DNA of 63,619 nucleotides, filler included. It is 4 parts of 4 records of this genome, joined end to end, with 100 filler letters (N's around TTAATTAATTAA, not from the genome) between each part and the next. Parts side by side here need not be neighbours in the genome. Positions count along the whole stretch, not along the records: positions 17,372 to 45,322 come from SRR20825019_2751; 3 more parts are not named here. One strand, given 5' to 3'. A model generated the notes under the pieces. That model ran no database searches. It saw nothing but the letters and a program-made list of their open reading frames with translations, and was not told the DNA's origin. This document shows positions 18,152 through 29,049 of the stretch, in pieces (position 1 is the stretch's first letter; every line of letters begins with the position of its first letter). The position numbers and the translations under genes are program-made.

Positions 18152-21100
18152 ATGGACTCAGTTCTTAGTATTCTCAACCGGGCATGGAACCCCGAGTTTG
18201 CGAAGGATGTTCAGATCGCCGCCACCGAGGAGATCAAGACCGCCTTGCTCGAGAACCCATGTGGGAGTATTGGTGTGCTGATTGAGCTGTGCATCGCCGA
18301 CTGCACCCCCAACGGTCACCCCATCCCCGATCACCTGGCCTTCGTCGCCGCCTCCCAAGTGCGTAACTACTTTGTGCACATTGCCGAGCCCGACAACATC
18401 AAGCTTCTCCTTGCCTCCCCCGACTTTGCCAATCTGCAGAAGCTCATCATCGACGGTCTTCTAAAGATGCACACCCGTCCCGTCATCAAGCGGCAGGTGC
18501 TCAGCGCCGTGTGGCACCTCATCCAGGACGCTAGGTGGGATCTGTACAACGGTGGTCTGCAGCACTTGTTGAAGGACTGCACCTCCTCCCCCGAGTCGAT
18601 GGCTACCTGCCCCCTGACCTACGCCGAGACCCTCGTCGAGATTCTTGTCGGTATGACCCGTACCTTCCACATCTCCACCGTGCTTGGCTCCAAGGTTATT
18701 ATCCCTATTGCCGTCGATATCCTCACCACCCTCCCTCCCCTCCTCCAGTTGTGCACCGCCCAGGGACGTACCCCCATTAACAGCGACCGCCCCGACTCCC
18801 TCACCAAGGCCCATCTCCACCTAGTCCACCAGGCTTTCAAGGTGTTCGAGGACTGCATGGAGTACCTGCTCAAGGAGAACAACTCTGGACTACTCGCCAA
18901 CACCATCGCCCCCGAGGAGCTGGCCGCCCGTACCGAGCCGTGGTTCGAGTACCTCGTCGAGTTCCCCTCTACCATCCTCGACCAGTTCATGAAGTCGGGA
19001 GACTACTCCTTCCTCGGAACCGACGAGTATGCCGCATTCACCAAGGGCGTCAAGCGTGTTGCTTGCATTGCCTTCAACATGCTGACCCATATCCACCAAA
19101 CTACTCAGTCCGAGCCCACCAAGAAGAAGAAGTCCAAGCTCGCCTCCGCTGCCCCAAAGCAGAAGGCTGGCAGCTTCCTTGCCCACCAGCTATACCTACC
19201 TCGCTTTGCCGAGCGGTTCCATGCCCTCTCCCTCAAGTGGATTGGGTTCTGCACCAACAAGGAGGTTATGGGCAGCAGCGTTGGCGAGTCCATCCTCGCC
19301 GATGCCACCCGCAAAACCCACGGCAAGTCGATGCAGTGGTTCGTCCGCAACATCAAGATGGCCAATATGGTCGAGCCCATGTACAAGTCTTGCATCGCTC
19401 CCAACTTCATGGATCTCATCGGCCTTTTGTTCAACACCCTGTGCTACACCGAGGAGGATGCGGCCCACTACGAGGTTGATCAGTACGAGGACCTCCAAGA
19501 GTTCAGCATGCTCGTCACCGAGGAGACCATGCCCGAGGGAGAATTCTCCCTGCGCCAGAGCGCTACCAAGTGCATTGTGGCCTTCACCATTGCCTCCCGT
19601 CCCTTCCACGACCAGTCCCTGTTCTACAAGTTAATGGAAGTCATGGGTCAGAACATCTCCAGTGGCGTCGACCAGTCCACCGGCCACGAGGTCAGCGGCG
19701 ATCCCCGTCTCATGTTCGGATACCTCCACCTACTTGCCCAGCTCAAGAGGGAGGTCAAGAAGCGTAGTGACGTGTGGTCTGGACAGCACCTTGAGAACCT
19801 CCTTCTCAACTACGTTGTCCCCCGTGTGAACAGTAACTGCTTCTTCCTTCGTATCAAGTCGATCCTTGTCCTGCACTTCTACGCCCGCCTCCCCTGGTCC
19901 AGCGAGGACAACTTCCGCAACATGATCCACGGACTTGGCGGCCTCCTCCAGGATGATGATGCCCGCGTGCGTCTCACTACAATTGACTGCCTGGTCGAGT
20001 ACCTTTCCGTCAAGCGTGCCCGCCCCTACCTCAAGGACATCCTCGTGCCCCTCGTCAACGAGTGCATGGCCATGATGGACCGTGTCGACACCGCCTTCAT
20101 TCCTGCCTGCCTCAACTACCTCGCCGAGCACTTCGGCTACGAGCTCCTCCCCGTACTCTCCAGCATGAACGCCAAGATCTGCAAGGCCTGCATGGCCACC
20201 TTCTTTGATATCAACGCCGCCGAGAACATGATGTCCGAAGGCAACGTCCCCAACGACGACGAGATGCTCAAGCTCGAGCACAAGAGTCTCAGTGCCATCA
20301 GCACCCTCAAGGCCCTGTACGAGATGGTTGTGTGCTGTGAGCATGCCCCCGATGTTCTCCGCACCATGGTCCCCGACCTGCTAGGCCCCGTCAAGGCCAT
20401 CCTCGAGCAGGAGACCCTCCTCCCCTTTATGGAGCATGGGTGCGATGTGCTCATGCACCTGCTGTTCATCCTCAACCCCATCCCCCAGGAGCTTTGGGAG
20501 TTGTACCCCCAGCTGCACTACATCGTCATGAACCACGGCGAGGGTGTTGACCACTTCAAGAACATTGCAAACTGCATTGATAACTTTATCTCCAACGGAA
20601 TTGGTACCTTCCTCACCCACCCCAAGCTGTTGCCCATGACCCTCGAGATGTGTGAGAAGATCCTCATCCACGCCGGATCTAGCGTCCAGAGCGACGAGCT
20701 CCAGCAGGTGCCATACGTTATGAGCGCAATGCTCCACCAGGCCAAGGGCGCATGCCCCGGTGCTTTGATGCCCCACTTCCCATCCCTCCTCGGCTTCACC
20801 GTCCGCGGTCTCCAGAGCAGCACCGTCACCAAGTCCCACCCCCTCCTTGTGAGGATGTTGTCCGTTGTGTGCGATTGCCTATGGTTCGATGCCGAGACCA
20901 CCTGCTCCATCCTCGAGCAGGAGGACATCATTGCCCCCGTCTTTACCCAGCTCATCAACTCCTTCGAGATGCTTGAGGACTTCTCATCCCTCCGCAAGAA
21001 GCAATACATCCTTGGCCTCTCCGCCTTCCTGACCCTCTTCAGCAACCCCGAGGCTGCTCAGAAGTCATGCCCCTCTCTGTGTGCCAACCCCGAGGTATCT

Positions 21101-21589
21101 GCCGTCGCTGTCAACAGCATTATTCGCTTCATTATCACCTGTGTGGACGACAACACCAAGGCCTACCGCAAGCGTACCCTCCGCCTCAAGGAGTCCCTTG
21201 AGAGGGGGTACGTCGAGGAGGACATCGACGAGTGCGAGGACGGTGATATGGACCTCATGGCCAGCGAGGAAATCGACGAGGACTTTGACGAGGATGAGGA
21301 TGACGATGGTGATGACGACGGTGTTGCCGACGAGGATATCGACTACATCAGTCCCCTCGATAATATCAACGAGGTAGATAACTTTATTGCCGCCGTAGGA
21401 GTGGCACAGAACTTTGCTAACGTTGAGACCCATGGAGGTCTAGTACTCGCAGTACTCAACTCTGGGGCAAGCTGGGACGATATCCAGGCCGCCAAGCAGG
21501 TTGGCGACATCTACATGCAGGCCTGCCAGGCCCAGGAAAACATGGACAAGGAGACCGTCGAGAAGCGCTCTCAGACCCTTACTAATTAA
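18152..21589 (+). CDS. Importin-beta family karyopherin (importin-7/8-like)
   Basis: 1145-aa helical HEAT-like protein, IDNFIS motif, acidic C-terminal loop followed by SPLDNINE. Confidence 0.75.
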   Translation: MDSVLSILNRAWNPEFAKDVQIAATEEIKTALLENPCGSIGVLIELCIADCTPNGHPIPDHLAFVAASQVRNYFVHIAEPDNIKLLLASPDFANLQKLIIDGLLKMHTRPVIKRQVLSAVWHLIQDARWDLYNGGLQHLLKDCTSSPESMATCPLTYAETLVEILVGMTRTFHISTVLGSKVIIPIAVDILTTLPPLLQLCTAQGRTPINSDRPDSLTKAHLHLVHQAFKVFEDCMEYLLKENNSGLLANTIAPEELAARTEPWFEYLVEFPSTILDQFMKSGDYSFLGTDEYAAFTKGVKRVACIAFNMLTHIHQTTQSEPTKKKKSKLASAAPKQKAGSFLAHQLYLPRFAERFHALSLKWIGFCTNKEVMGSSVGESILADATRKTHGKSMQWFVRNIKMANMVEPMYKSCIAPNFMDLIGLLFNTLCYTEEDAAHYEVDQYEDLQEFSMLVTEETMPEGEFSLRQSATKCIVAFTIASRPFHDQSLFYKLMEVMGQNISSGVDQSTGHEVSGDPRLMFGYLHLLAQLKREVKKRSDVWSGQHLENLLLNYVVPRVNSNCFFLRIKSILVLHFYARLPWSSEDNFRNMIHGLGGLLQDDDARVRLTTIDCLVEYLSVKRARPYLKDILVPLVNECMAMMDRVDTAFIPACLNYLAEHFGYELLPVLSSMNAKICKACMATFFDINAAENMMSEGNVPNDDEMLKLEHKSLSAISTLKALYEMVVCCEHAPDVLRTMVPDLLGPVKAILEQETLLPFMEHGCDVLMHLLFILNPIPQELWELYPQLHYIVMNHGEGVDHFKNIANCIDNFISNGIGTFLTHPKLLPMTLEMCEKILIHAGSSVQSDELQQVPYVMSAMLHQAKGACPGALMPHFPSLLGFTVRGLQSSTVTKSHPLLVRMLSVVCDCLWFDAETTCSILEQEDIIAPVFTQLINSFEMLEDFSSLRKKQYILGLSAFLTLFSNPEAAQKSCPSLCANPEVSAVAVNSIIRFIITCVDDNTKAYRKRTLRLKESLERGYVEEDIDECEDGDMDLMASEEIDEDFDEDEDDDGDDDGVADEDIDYISPLDNINEVDNFIAAVGVAQNFANVETHGGLVLAVLNSGASWDDIQAAKQVGDIYMQACQAQENMDKETVEKRSQTLTN

Positions 21590-21714
21590 TCCGCTTTAAT
21601 ATGACATTAAATTACCACATTATTAAAGCCCATTTTGAAGTATAGTTGTTACTATGAACATGTTGTACCCCACCCTTTGATATTTACTTTTACCCCACTA
21701 GCGCTAATACAATT

Positions 21715-22041
21715 ATGCCTGCTACGTACGCACTAGAGTACACCGCACTCCCCCTAATTGGCCTGCCCTACTTCCTCATCGCACAGGAGTTTTCCCTCCC
21801 TGCCGCCCTTGTCAATAATGCCGTCCTTACTGCTGCCTGTGGTGGGGCTGCTTACTATTATAGTTGCCTGGTCGCAAAGAGAATAGGTAAGAGGAACTAC
21901 AAGGGGAGGTTGGAGCCTGTATGGCCTGGGTTCATGAGCCTCGTACTTGCATACATGGCCGTCCTCCAAATTATTATCGCCGTCACACATATCTCGTACT
22001 ACCGGGATGGGCCCCTCGTACACGACATTTTCGATGCCTAG
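21715..22041 (+). CDS. Small membrane protein
   Basis: 108 aa, about 3 hydrophobic segments, fits the gene spacing of the cluster. Confidence 0.65.
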   Translation: MPATYALEYTALPLIGLPYFLIAQEFSLPAALVNNAVLTAACGGAAYYYSCLVAKRIGKRNYKGRLEPVWPGFMSLVLAYMAVLQIIIAVTHISYYRDGPLVHDIFDA

Positions 22042-22146
22042 ATACTTTATCCCATTCCCCTTGATATTATTGTGATATGAATACTTTCCATCATGATTAC
22101 CTTTATCGTTGTCACCCCCCTTTATTCTTTTGTATAGCCTTCCACG

Positions 22147-23799
22147 ATGGTACGAGTAGGTGTTAGACGGCGGGCATCTGACCGTGAGCTGCTATCCTTT
22201 ATTACCGAGAGGTGTAAAGCATACGCCCTGAGCGGAAACTACTGTATGGCGGCCGACTACACCCTGCGGTGGCTCGACAAGGAGCCCCGTAACGCGGACG
22301 CTCTTGCCCTGGGCTCTGCCCTGGGACAGGTTGTGGGTCAGCCAACTCTATCAGAGAAGTGTCTGAGCGTGCTGGAGGGCAGTGTAGCAGCAGGGGGATT
22401 GAGGGTGCGCTGTAATGCTGCCCCTGGTGGTGTTGCAAGGAGGGTAACCCATCCCAAGTTCGACGGTAAGACCCTCCCCAATCTTTGGTCTGAAGTATCC
22501 CCCTCCACTGCCAATATTGTGCGGAGTGTGGCGATGTCTTCCGGAAACGATGTGCCCGAGTTTGCCCACATCCAAGCCCGCCCGGGTGATGTTGCGGAGG
22601 TGCCAGTCCAGCTCCCACCTCCCGGTATTGAAACCCTTGCCATCGGTTCCAACCTAGAGATGCCCATCATCCAATCCCTCCTCAGAGAGGCTAGCTGGGC
22701 TACCACTACCGGTGGGAGGCAGGTTCCCATGGATAGTGGATATGAGTGCCCCATTGCCGTTATGGCCCCCGAGGGTAGTACATTTGGTCGCGGCCTCTTT
22801 ACGACATCACCCCTGAAAATGGGGGATACCCTTCTCGACGAGGAGGCTGTGTTGTCGGTCACAAGTCTATCCAGCTCATCCAGCCTACTTCACAATGCCG
22901 AACATACATCCTCCCTGAGTGTGTGCTTCCATTGCGGGGAGCGTATTGGCAAACCGGTGGGGTGTACCCAGAAGTGTGCGGCCGTCAAGTACTGCACTGC
23001 AGCTTGTGAGGAGCAAGCATTCGAGGCATTCCACGCCTCAACCTGCGAGGCCAAGAACCCATCCTACAGCCACTGGGAGGGACAGATCATCGAGGACTGC
23101 CGCCGGCCTCTGGAGGAGGCCCACCAAGAGCTGACAACCATCGCCCCTACAGCCATCAAGGGCAGTGGTGTACGGCCCCTGATGAGGATCCCCGAGGTCC
23201 AACGTGAAACAGGGGAGTCCATTCGGGCCCACATCCGACATGCCCACTCAGCCCTCACCATGATGGGTGTTGGACGCCTGTGTGCCATCGCAGCCACCGA
23301 GAGGAAGCATCCCCTCTCCGTACCTGCCCTTGCCATACTTACTGGCAAAACGGAGTACAGCACCGAAGCGACACTAATCCACACCGGTGCCCTTGCAGTG
23401 GGACTCAGCAGCTCTCTCGCCCAGCCCCACCTATATCTAGACGATGTGGTCTCTTTGTATGCCCTACTTCAAACGAATGGGTTCTTCAACGCACTCCTTC
23501 ACCCCAAGGGGATCATGGCGACCCTCCACCTGTTCCCCCTCCTATCCCTGCTCAACCACAGCTGCTTACCTAACTGCCGACTAGAGCGATACAATGTCAA
23601 CACAGTGTCCGCTGGTGCGGCTGACTTCGGGTCGGGGCAGCGACTGGTCACCATTCGGGACGTCAAGCCAGGGGAACAGCTATTTATCAACTACAACGAT
23701 GAGCTCATCACCCCATCCGCACCCTACACCGTGCGGAAAGAGCTACTGGAGCAGCGAGGGTTTGCATGTACATGCGATAGGTGCCTCCTACGGAAGTAA
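22147..23799 (+). CDS. SET and MYND domain (SMYD-like) lysine methyltransferase
   Basis: GRGLF, CxxC..CxxxC..YC..C zinc finger, LNHSCLPN, GEQLFINY, post-SET CTCDRC. Confidence 0.9.
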   Translation: MVRVGVRRRASDRELLSFITERCKAYALSGNYCMAADYTLRWLDKEPRNADALALGSALGQVVGQPTLSEKCLSVLEGSVAAGGLRVRCNAAPGGVARRVTHPKFDGKTLPNLWSEVSPSTANIVRSVAMSSGNDVPEFAHIQARPGDVAEVPVQLPPPGIETLAIGSNLEMPIIQSLLREASWATTTGGRQVPMDSGYECPIAVMAPEGSTFGRGLFTTSPLKMGDTLLDEEAVLSVTSLSSSSSLLHNAEHTSSLSVCFHCGERIGKPVGCTQKCAAVKYCTAACEEQAFEAFHASTCEAKNPSYSHWEGQIIEDCRRPLEEAHQELTTIAPTAIKGSGVRPLMRIPEVQRETGESIRAHIRHAHSALTMMGVGRLCAIAATERKHPLSVPALAILTGKTEYSTEATLIHTGALAVGLSSSLAQPHLYLDDVVSLYALLQTNGFFNALLHPKGIMATLHLFPLLSLLNHSCLPNCRLERYNVNTVSAGAADFGSGQRLVTIRDVKPGEQLFINYNDELITPSAPYTVRKELLEQRGFACTCDRCLLRK

Positions 23800-23906
23800 T
23801 TTAGTAATAATATTATACTGCTTTATCTAATATGTATGATGTGTGTACAACCCCATGTGTTATCTTCTTTTTGTTTATTATCTTTTACCCCCATATAGTT
23901 TAGATT

Positions 23907-25469
23907 ATGTCATCCTTAGATTCATCACCATCCTCCCAGACCAGCAGCGATGACAGCCCCGTCGATCCCCGCCGTGGACTATTTCAGAACGTACCCAGAG
24001 TTGTCGATGAGCAGCGTGTATTACTATCCCAACTGAGAGATGATAATAGCCGCCTTCGTAATCGTGAGGTGGAGATCTCGGCCCTAACTGTCAAGCTTCA
24101 GAAGCAGCTTGTTTCCACCCAGGGCCAAATTGACCACCTCAAGGGCACCATCCGTCTACAGCTCTCCAGCCCCATAACCGAGGGGGAGTACCTACAGCTT
24201 GAGCAAAAGCCTGAGTCCCAGAGGGACCTGCTAGACACTGTCAAGGTGGGTATCTACTGCCAACTCGGTAGTCTCAAGGCGGCTAGGGATGGGGCCATCA
24301 AGAAGGCGTCGGAGCTGTCCCTCGAACTAGAGAATACCATTGCCGAGAAAAGACAGCTCTCCCAGGATGTGGCCGATGTACGCCACTCCAAGGACTCGGA
24401 GATATCTAAGCTTAAGCGTATAGTGTCCGAGAGGGAGGGACAGGCATCGCAGGTGCTGGAGCAAGCAGCACGCATAAAAGATTTGGAGTTCCGTCTGGCG
24501 GCAAGCCTCCAGGACCAGGAGAGTAACATGGGTACCCGCGTGGAGCTACGATCCAAGATCAACGATCTCGCCCGACTAGAGATCCTTGTGAAACAGGCCG
24601 AGGGGGATACCGCACGGTACAAGACCCAGTGTGCATGTGCCGAGCAGAAGTTGGATATCCTCAAGTCGGAGTACTATGAGCTGAAGCTCCAACACAACCA
24701 GCGGGAGCTGCAGCTTGAGAACGCATTACGTGCTGCTGAGGACAAGCTCTCTATGATGGGGGACTTGGAGCTAGAGGCCGATATATTCATTGCCAACATG
24801 GCCTCGAGCGATAGAGCATCTGGGGATGAGGTATCACTCGCAGCCATCCCCCCCTCGAGGAAGATGCAGAACGCCATCACTGTCACCAAGAAGTGCCTAT
24901 CACTCGAAAACAAACTATGCGCCGCCCAGCACGATATTCACACCAAGGATGAGACCATTGCACACCTTCAGAAGGCCCTCGAACTCGCACGGCATACTAT
25001 TGCCAGTAACGGGGGTGGTGATAGCGCTCGTCAGTCCCACTCCATCGTCGAGGACACATTCAACAAGCTACTCCACGAAAAGTCCGTGATGCATTCACAA
25101 AACGGTAACTTGAGAAAGGAGAACGAGCTGCTGGTTAAGCAGGTCGAGGAGCTCCAGGCTGATCTGGCCGTGTTGGCCAAACATCGTAATGAGCTGGGTA
25201 AGATCCGCTCCCAGCTGCAGGTGTATGCCTCCCAACTCCAGCAGGGGCCTTCCCCCATCGCAGCCATCACCACCAACCACCCCAACACCTCCAGCTATAG
25301 TAAGGAGGTTGCGGCCATGACGGCTGGTGCAAGCCTCAATAGATCCATACAAGAGGGGGCTGCCCCCATCGCACTACATGCCGCCCCCGCCCCCTCCACC
25401 AGTGTTCCCCAACCCATGCCCAGGGCCCCACCACATACCCGCTGGGGTGAGTGTATTGAGATTTCATAA
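23907..25469 (+). CDS. Coiled-coil protein, PIBF1/CEP90-like
   Basis: ITEGEYLQLEQKPE..., LELEADIFI and IPPSRKMQNAITVTKKCLSLE resemble conserved PIBF1 blocks (recalled, not searched). Confidence 0.55.
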   Translation: MSSLDSSPSSQTSSDDSPVDPRRGLFQNVPRVVDEQRVLLSQLRDDNSRLRNREVEISALTVKLQKQLVSTQGQIDHLKGTIRLQLSSPITEGEYLQLEQKPESQRDLLDTVKVGIYCQLGSLKAARDGAIKKASELSLELENTIAEKRQLSQDVADVRHSKDSEISKLKRIVSEREGQASQVLEQAARIKDLEFRLAASLQDQESNMGTRVELRSKINDLARLEILVKQAEGDTARYKTQCACAEQKLDILKSEYYELKLQHNQRELQLENALRAAEDKLSMMGDLELEADIFIANMASSDRASGDEVSLAAIPPSRKMQNAITVTKKCLSLENKLCAAQHDIHTKDETIAHLQKALELARHTIASNGGGDSARQSHSIVEDTFNKLLHEKSVMHSQNGNLRKENELLVKQVEELQADLAVLAKHRNELGKIRSQLQVYASQLQQGPSPIAAITTNHPNTSSYSKEVAAMTAGASLNRSIQEGAAPIALHAAPAPSTSVPQPMPRAPPHTRWGECIEIS

Positions 25470-25568
25470 TGACTTAGAGTAGATGTCAGTTGTACAATGT
25501 ATGTTCAATATTTAACGATTTGGTTGTTGTATTTGAATTAAAAATTATTTGACGTTTTAAGAGCCATA

Positions 25569-26381
25569 ATGGACCAACTGTACCTACTGCCCACCTCCGA
25601 TTCCAAGCTGGGTCGTTCATTCCCTTCCCACGGCTTTGCTGGCCGCAATGCTGTCATTGCCAAGAAGTACGGTGAGGTGACATCCGCAACCGCCATCACC
25701 TTCAACCTACTCCTTCCCTTCCTCAACGGCTTCAACACCCGCCTTGAGGCTCACGTCAAGGACGGTAGCGACCTGTCCGCAGAGGAGCTGCGCAATCACG
25801 TCCAGGACTGCTCCCTTGAGGCCGCCAAGTCCTTTAGCATTGTGACCGCCAAGATTGGTATCCAGACTTCCATTGCCGCATACCTCATCGAGGCCAAGAC
25901 TCCCGCCGCCGACGCCACTGTCTACCTGTGGGACTCCTACCCACGCCTCCACCAGAAGTACGTGGGCGACCTGTGCGAGAAGCTCTACATCCCCCGCTTC
26001 CTCGCCTCCCTCCTCGGCCCCAAGAGTCAGGATGCCGATATTGCCTGCTTTGACTCTAAGGTCCCCTTTGCTAACGCCTTCGAGGATTCCCTTAAGAGGC
26101 ACGTAATCATCACTATCGCCGATGTCACCGTATCCAATGTGGTGGTGACACTCGAGGCTGCCCGCTACCCCAAGTACAAGCATAACCGCCCCGTTGCCGT
26201 AGCAAAGCGTATGGTCCGCCTGTCAGCATCAAAGGTCATTGCCCTCGTAGGCCGTGCATGTGGAGGAGCCACCGGTAATCTGTTTGCCGGCGGCGTGGGG
26301 GAGTACTGGGGTGAGTACGTAGGAGCTGTCATTGGCTCAGTCCTCGGTGCCAAGCTGGTGATTGCCGTCCACAACTCCTAG
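25569..26381 (+). CDS. Hypothetical protein with C-terminal Gly-rich hydrophobic segment
   Basis: 270-aa ORF with strong C-ending codon bias. Confidence 0.75.
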   Translation: MDQLYLLPTSDSKLGRSFPSHGFAGRNAVIAKKYGEVTSATAITFNLLLPFLNGFNTRLEAHVKDGSDLSAEELRNHVQDCSLEAAKSFSIVTAKIGIQTSIAAYLIEAKTPAADATVYLWDSYPRLHQKYVGDLCEKLYIPRFLASLLGPKSQDADIACFDSKVPFANAFEDSLKRHVIITIADVTVSNVVVTLEAARYPKYKHNRPVAVAKRMVRLSASKVIALVGRACGGATGNLFAGGVGEYWGEYVGAVIGSVLGAKLVIAVHNS

Positions 26382-26481
26382 AACATTGCTTCAATTGTTA
26401 TCTCATTTTCTCTTGTACTCCTTCATTATTTGTATGTAGTTAACATTGAATGCACTGCTGTTTTCCCTAAATAGAATTTAA

Positions 26482-28926
26482 ATGTCTGCACGCAGTACCA
26501 GTCTCAACCTGAGCAGTGACGACGAGACACCGCGCCAGCCCCGTCGCATCGTCACTCCACACTTCCAGACTGCCCTGAAGAGGGAGGTCTCTGGGTCCGA
26601 TGTGGTATCACCTCGCAATCCCGCAGATACCCCTACAAACCAAAGCCCCCTCCCATCGGGTCGCCTCTCAGGGTCGGAGCGGTCTGCCGTTGTCTCAGCT
26701 CGTCCTGCAGCCAAGGAGGAAAAGGAAAGCTCACAGATCACTACCTCCCAGCAGGAAGCCCCCACCAATACCCAGGAGGGCAACACCACCATCCAAGATG
26801 TCTCAGCGGTAACAGCAGCATCCCCCTCACGCTCTAAGGTTGCCTACTCCCACGAGAAGCCTATGTTCAAGTGTGGTGTAAGTGGAGGTAGTGCGCTAGA
26901 TAGAACAGCCCCATCCCCCATACACATGCGTAAGCGTCCTACCCACCCTAAGACCTTGAACGAGTTGGAGGAGGAGGCCGCAAGGAAGGGTGATGTGATC
27001 AAGGAGGAGGAGTCGGCAATGTGGGCAATGGTCCTGAAGGCCTTGAGGAAGGGCGTCGTGGACATCCAGCTGGCCGAGTCCATCAGGACCAAGGCGGTGT
27101 CATCCCCCCTCTTCAAACGTATGCAGGAAATGGGCCACCACAAACGCTCAGACGTCGAGGACCGAGAGCGGCAACGCGAAGAGCAACTTGTGGCCGATAC
27201 CTCTTTCCACCCCGATATCAGCCTCAGCAATAAACGCGTTGCCAAGGAGGAGGTGCGTAACCCCGACACGTACTACGAGATGCAGATGGAGTGGCAACGT
27301 CGTAAGGAGGACAAGCTAAACCGTGTGCGGGAGGAGAAGGCGGGAGTAAAGGATGTGGAGCTTACCGGCCACCCCACTGTCAGCCCTGTGTCCGAGGCCA
27401 TCATCAAAGCCCTCAGGGAGGAGGCCAAGAATAACACCGACTCCTCCCCTGGACGTATGCTACACGCAAGCTACACCGAGGGGTGGGCAGAGCGGTTGGC
27501 TGAGCGCGATAGGAGGCTCAAGGATGTCCAGGCCCGCTTCCAACCCTCCTTCAAGCCCCAGACCACCCCTTATCGACCCAGTGAGCCCTCCACCAATTCG
27601 ACTGTTGTCGAGGGGGAGACACGTGACCAACGTCTATTCCGTATCGCCCAGGAGCTGCAGATGAAGCGTGTGGTTGCCCAAAAGACTGCCGTACCGGTGA
27701 CGAACTGCACTAAGAAATCTCCCGAGGAAATTGAGGAGTTTATGACCGACATGCTAAAGAGAACCGCCGATTCGCAACGCCGGAAGCACTTCAAAATTAA
27801 GCGCCTTCAACGTGAGGCAGAGAAGATTGAGAACAACGGATCAACTCCCAAGACCAATGTAAACAGTTCCGACCTGGCTGCCAAACACCGTCAGCGTACC
27901 GAAGACAAGGAGGCTGCTAAACAGCTTGAGAAGGCGACGGAGGTTCCAGCCCCAACTACTAACGTTGTCAAGACGGCCACTAACCGGACTGAGAGGTTCC
28001 TTATTCATCAGGAGCTTACCAACCGCCGCAAACAAGATACACTGTCCAAACTGTCTGAGGAGAAGGCGGACCGTTTTGCGGAGGAGTACACATTCGCCCC
28101 AAAAATCACAGCCAAGTCGAGAGTGCTCGCTGCCTCCGCTTCCACCGATGCAGATAAGACCGAAAGGGGCCCTTCCTTCCTTGACCCCACCGAGGCCCAG
28201 CGGTGGAGGCAGTTCCACGTCGAGGGCTGCATGGAGGAGCTGGTCTCTCGAAAGGCCGAGGAGGAGCAGATTGTGGGTATGGGTAAGCCCCGCTTCGTTG
28301 TAGGCACTGCCCAGGGCCCATCTAAGCACATCACCGTTGCCGGGTCACACCAGGCGGCCATAGTGTACAGAGAGAGGGCTAGGAGGTTGGCCGATCGCCA
28401 CTACCAAGACATGGTAGAGGGACGTCCCTTTAAGGACTACAGCAATGCTGAGTTGGAAGAGCTGGAGGCAGCAATGCAGGACGGTTTCCTCGACGGTAAT
28501 ATTCAGGTGGATGAGAACGGTCAGGCCTTCTATGTTGACAACGACGGGGAGGCTGTGGCTATCTCGGCCGAAGAGGAGCAGGCCCTCATGGACGAGCTAA
28601 AGAGGGCAACACCCTCTACCACCCCCGAGCGTTCCCGAAAGCACCAACCCCGTAGTGGGTCCCCATGGGACGATAAGTACGGCAACGGTACCCCCACCAA
28701 GGGCCGTAGTCCCAAGGCGCGAACTGCCCCCAGCAAGGTGGATGCGGTAGGGGGAGAGCTCCAGGAGGAACCAGTCGATGAAGATGAAATGTACACACCC
28801 AAGGAGAGAAAGGAGAAGAAGGCAAAGAAGGAAAAGCGGGAGAAGGCCCCTAAGGAGGACGTCGTTGCCAAGAAGGAGCAGGAGGCCAACGACCTGCTGG
28901 AGAAGTGGCGAGGAATGGCCCAGTAA
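26482..28926 (+). CDS. Hypothetical charged coiled-coil protein, possibly cytoskeletal
   Basis: 814-aa ORF with recurring FxP motifs (SFHPDI, SFKPQT, TFAPKI). Confidence 0.75.
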   Translation: MSARSTSLNLSSDDETPRQPRRIVTPHFQTALKREVSGSDVVSPRNPADTPTNQSPLPSGRLSGSERSAVVSARPAAKEEKESSQITTSQQEAPTNTQEGNTTIQDVSAVTAASPSRSKVAYSHEKPMFKCGVSGGSALDRTAPSPIHMRKRPTHPKTLNELEEEAARKGDVIKEEESAMWAMVLKALRKGVVDIQLAESIRTKAVSSPLFKRMQEMGHHKRSDVEDRERQREEQLVADTSFHPDISLSNKRVAKEEVRNPDTYYEMQMEWQRRKEDKLNRVREEKAGVKDVELTGHPTVSPVSEAIIKALREEAKNNTDSSPGRMLHASYTEGWAERLAERDRRLKDVQARFQPSFKPQTTPYRPSEPSTNSTVVEGETRDQRLFRIAQELQMKRVVAQKTAVPVTNCTKKSPEEIEEFMTDMLKRTADSQRRKHFKIKRLQREAEKIENNGSTPKTNVNSSDLAAKHRQRTEDKEAAKQLEKATEVPAPTTNVVKTATNRTERFLIHQELTNRRKQDTLSKLSEEKADRFAEEYTFAPKITAKSRVLAASASTDADKTERGPSFLDPTEAQRWRQFHVEGCMEELVSRKAEEEQIVGMGKPRFVVGTAQGPSKHITVAGSHQAAIVYRERARRLADRHYQDMVEGRPFKDYSNAELEELEAAMQDGFLDGNIQVDENGQAFYVDNDGEAVAISAEEEQALMDELKRATPSTTPERSRKHQPRSGSPWDDKYGNGTPTKGRSPKARTAPSKVDAVGGELQEEPVDEDEMYTPKERKEKKAKKEKREKAPKEDVVAKKEQEANDLLEKWRGMAQ

Positions 28927-29049
28927 TCACATATCTATCTACCAAGTGTAAAAACGCTGTACCGTCTCAATTTATTAGCCTTTTTATGTAAGTGTTATGA
29001 TGCCCTGTTTCTGTGTTGATCCACAATAACTTTTTATTCCAGTTAGTCG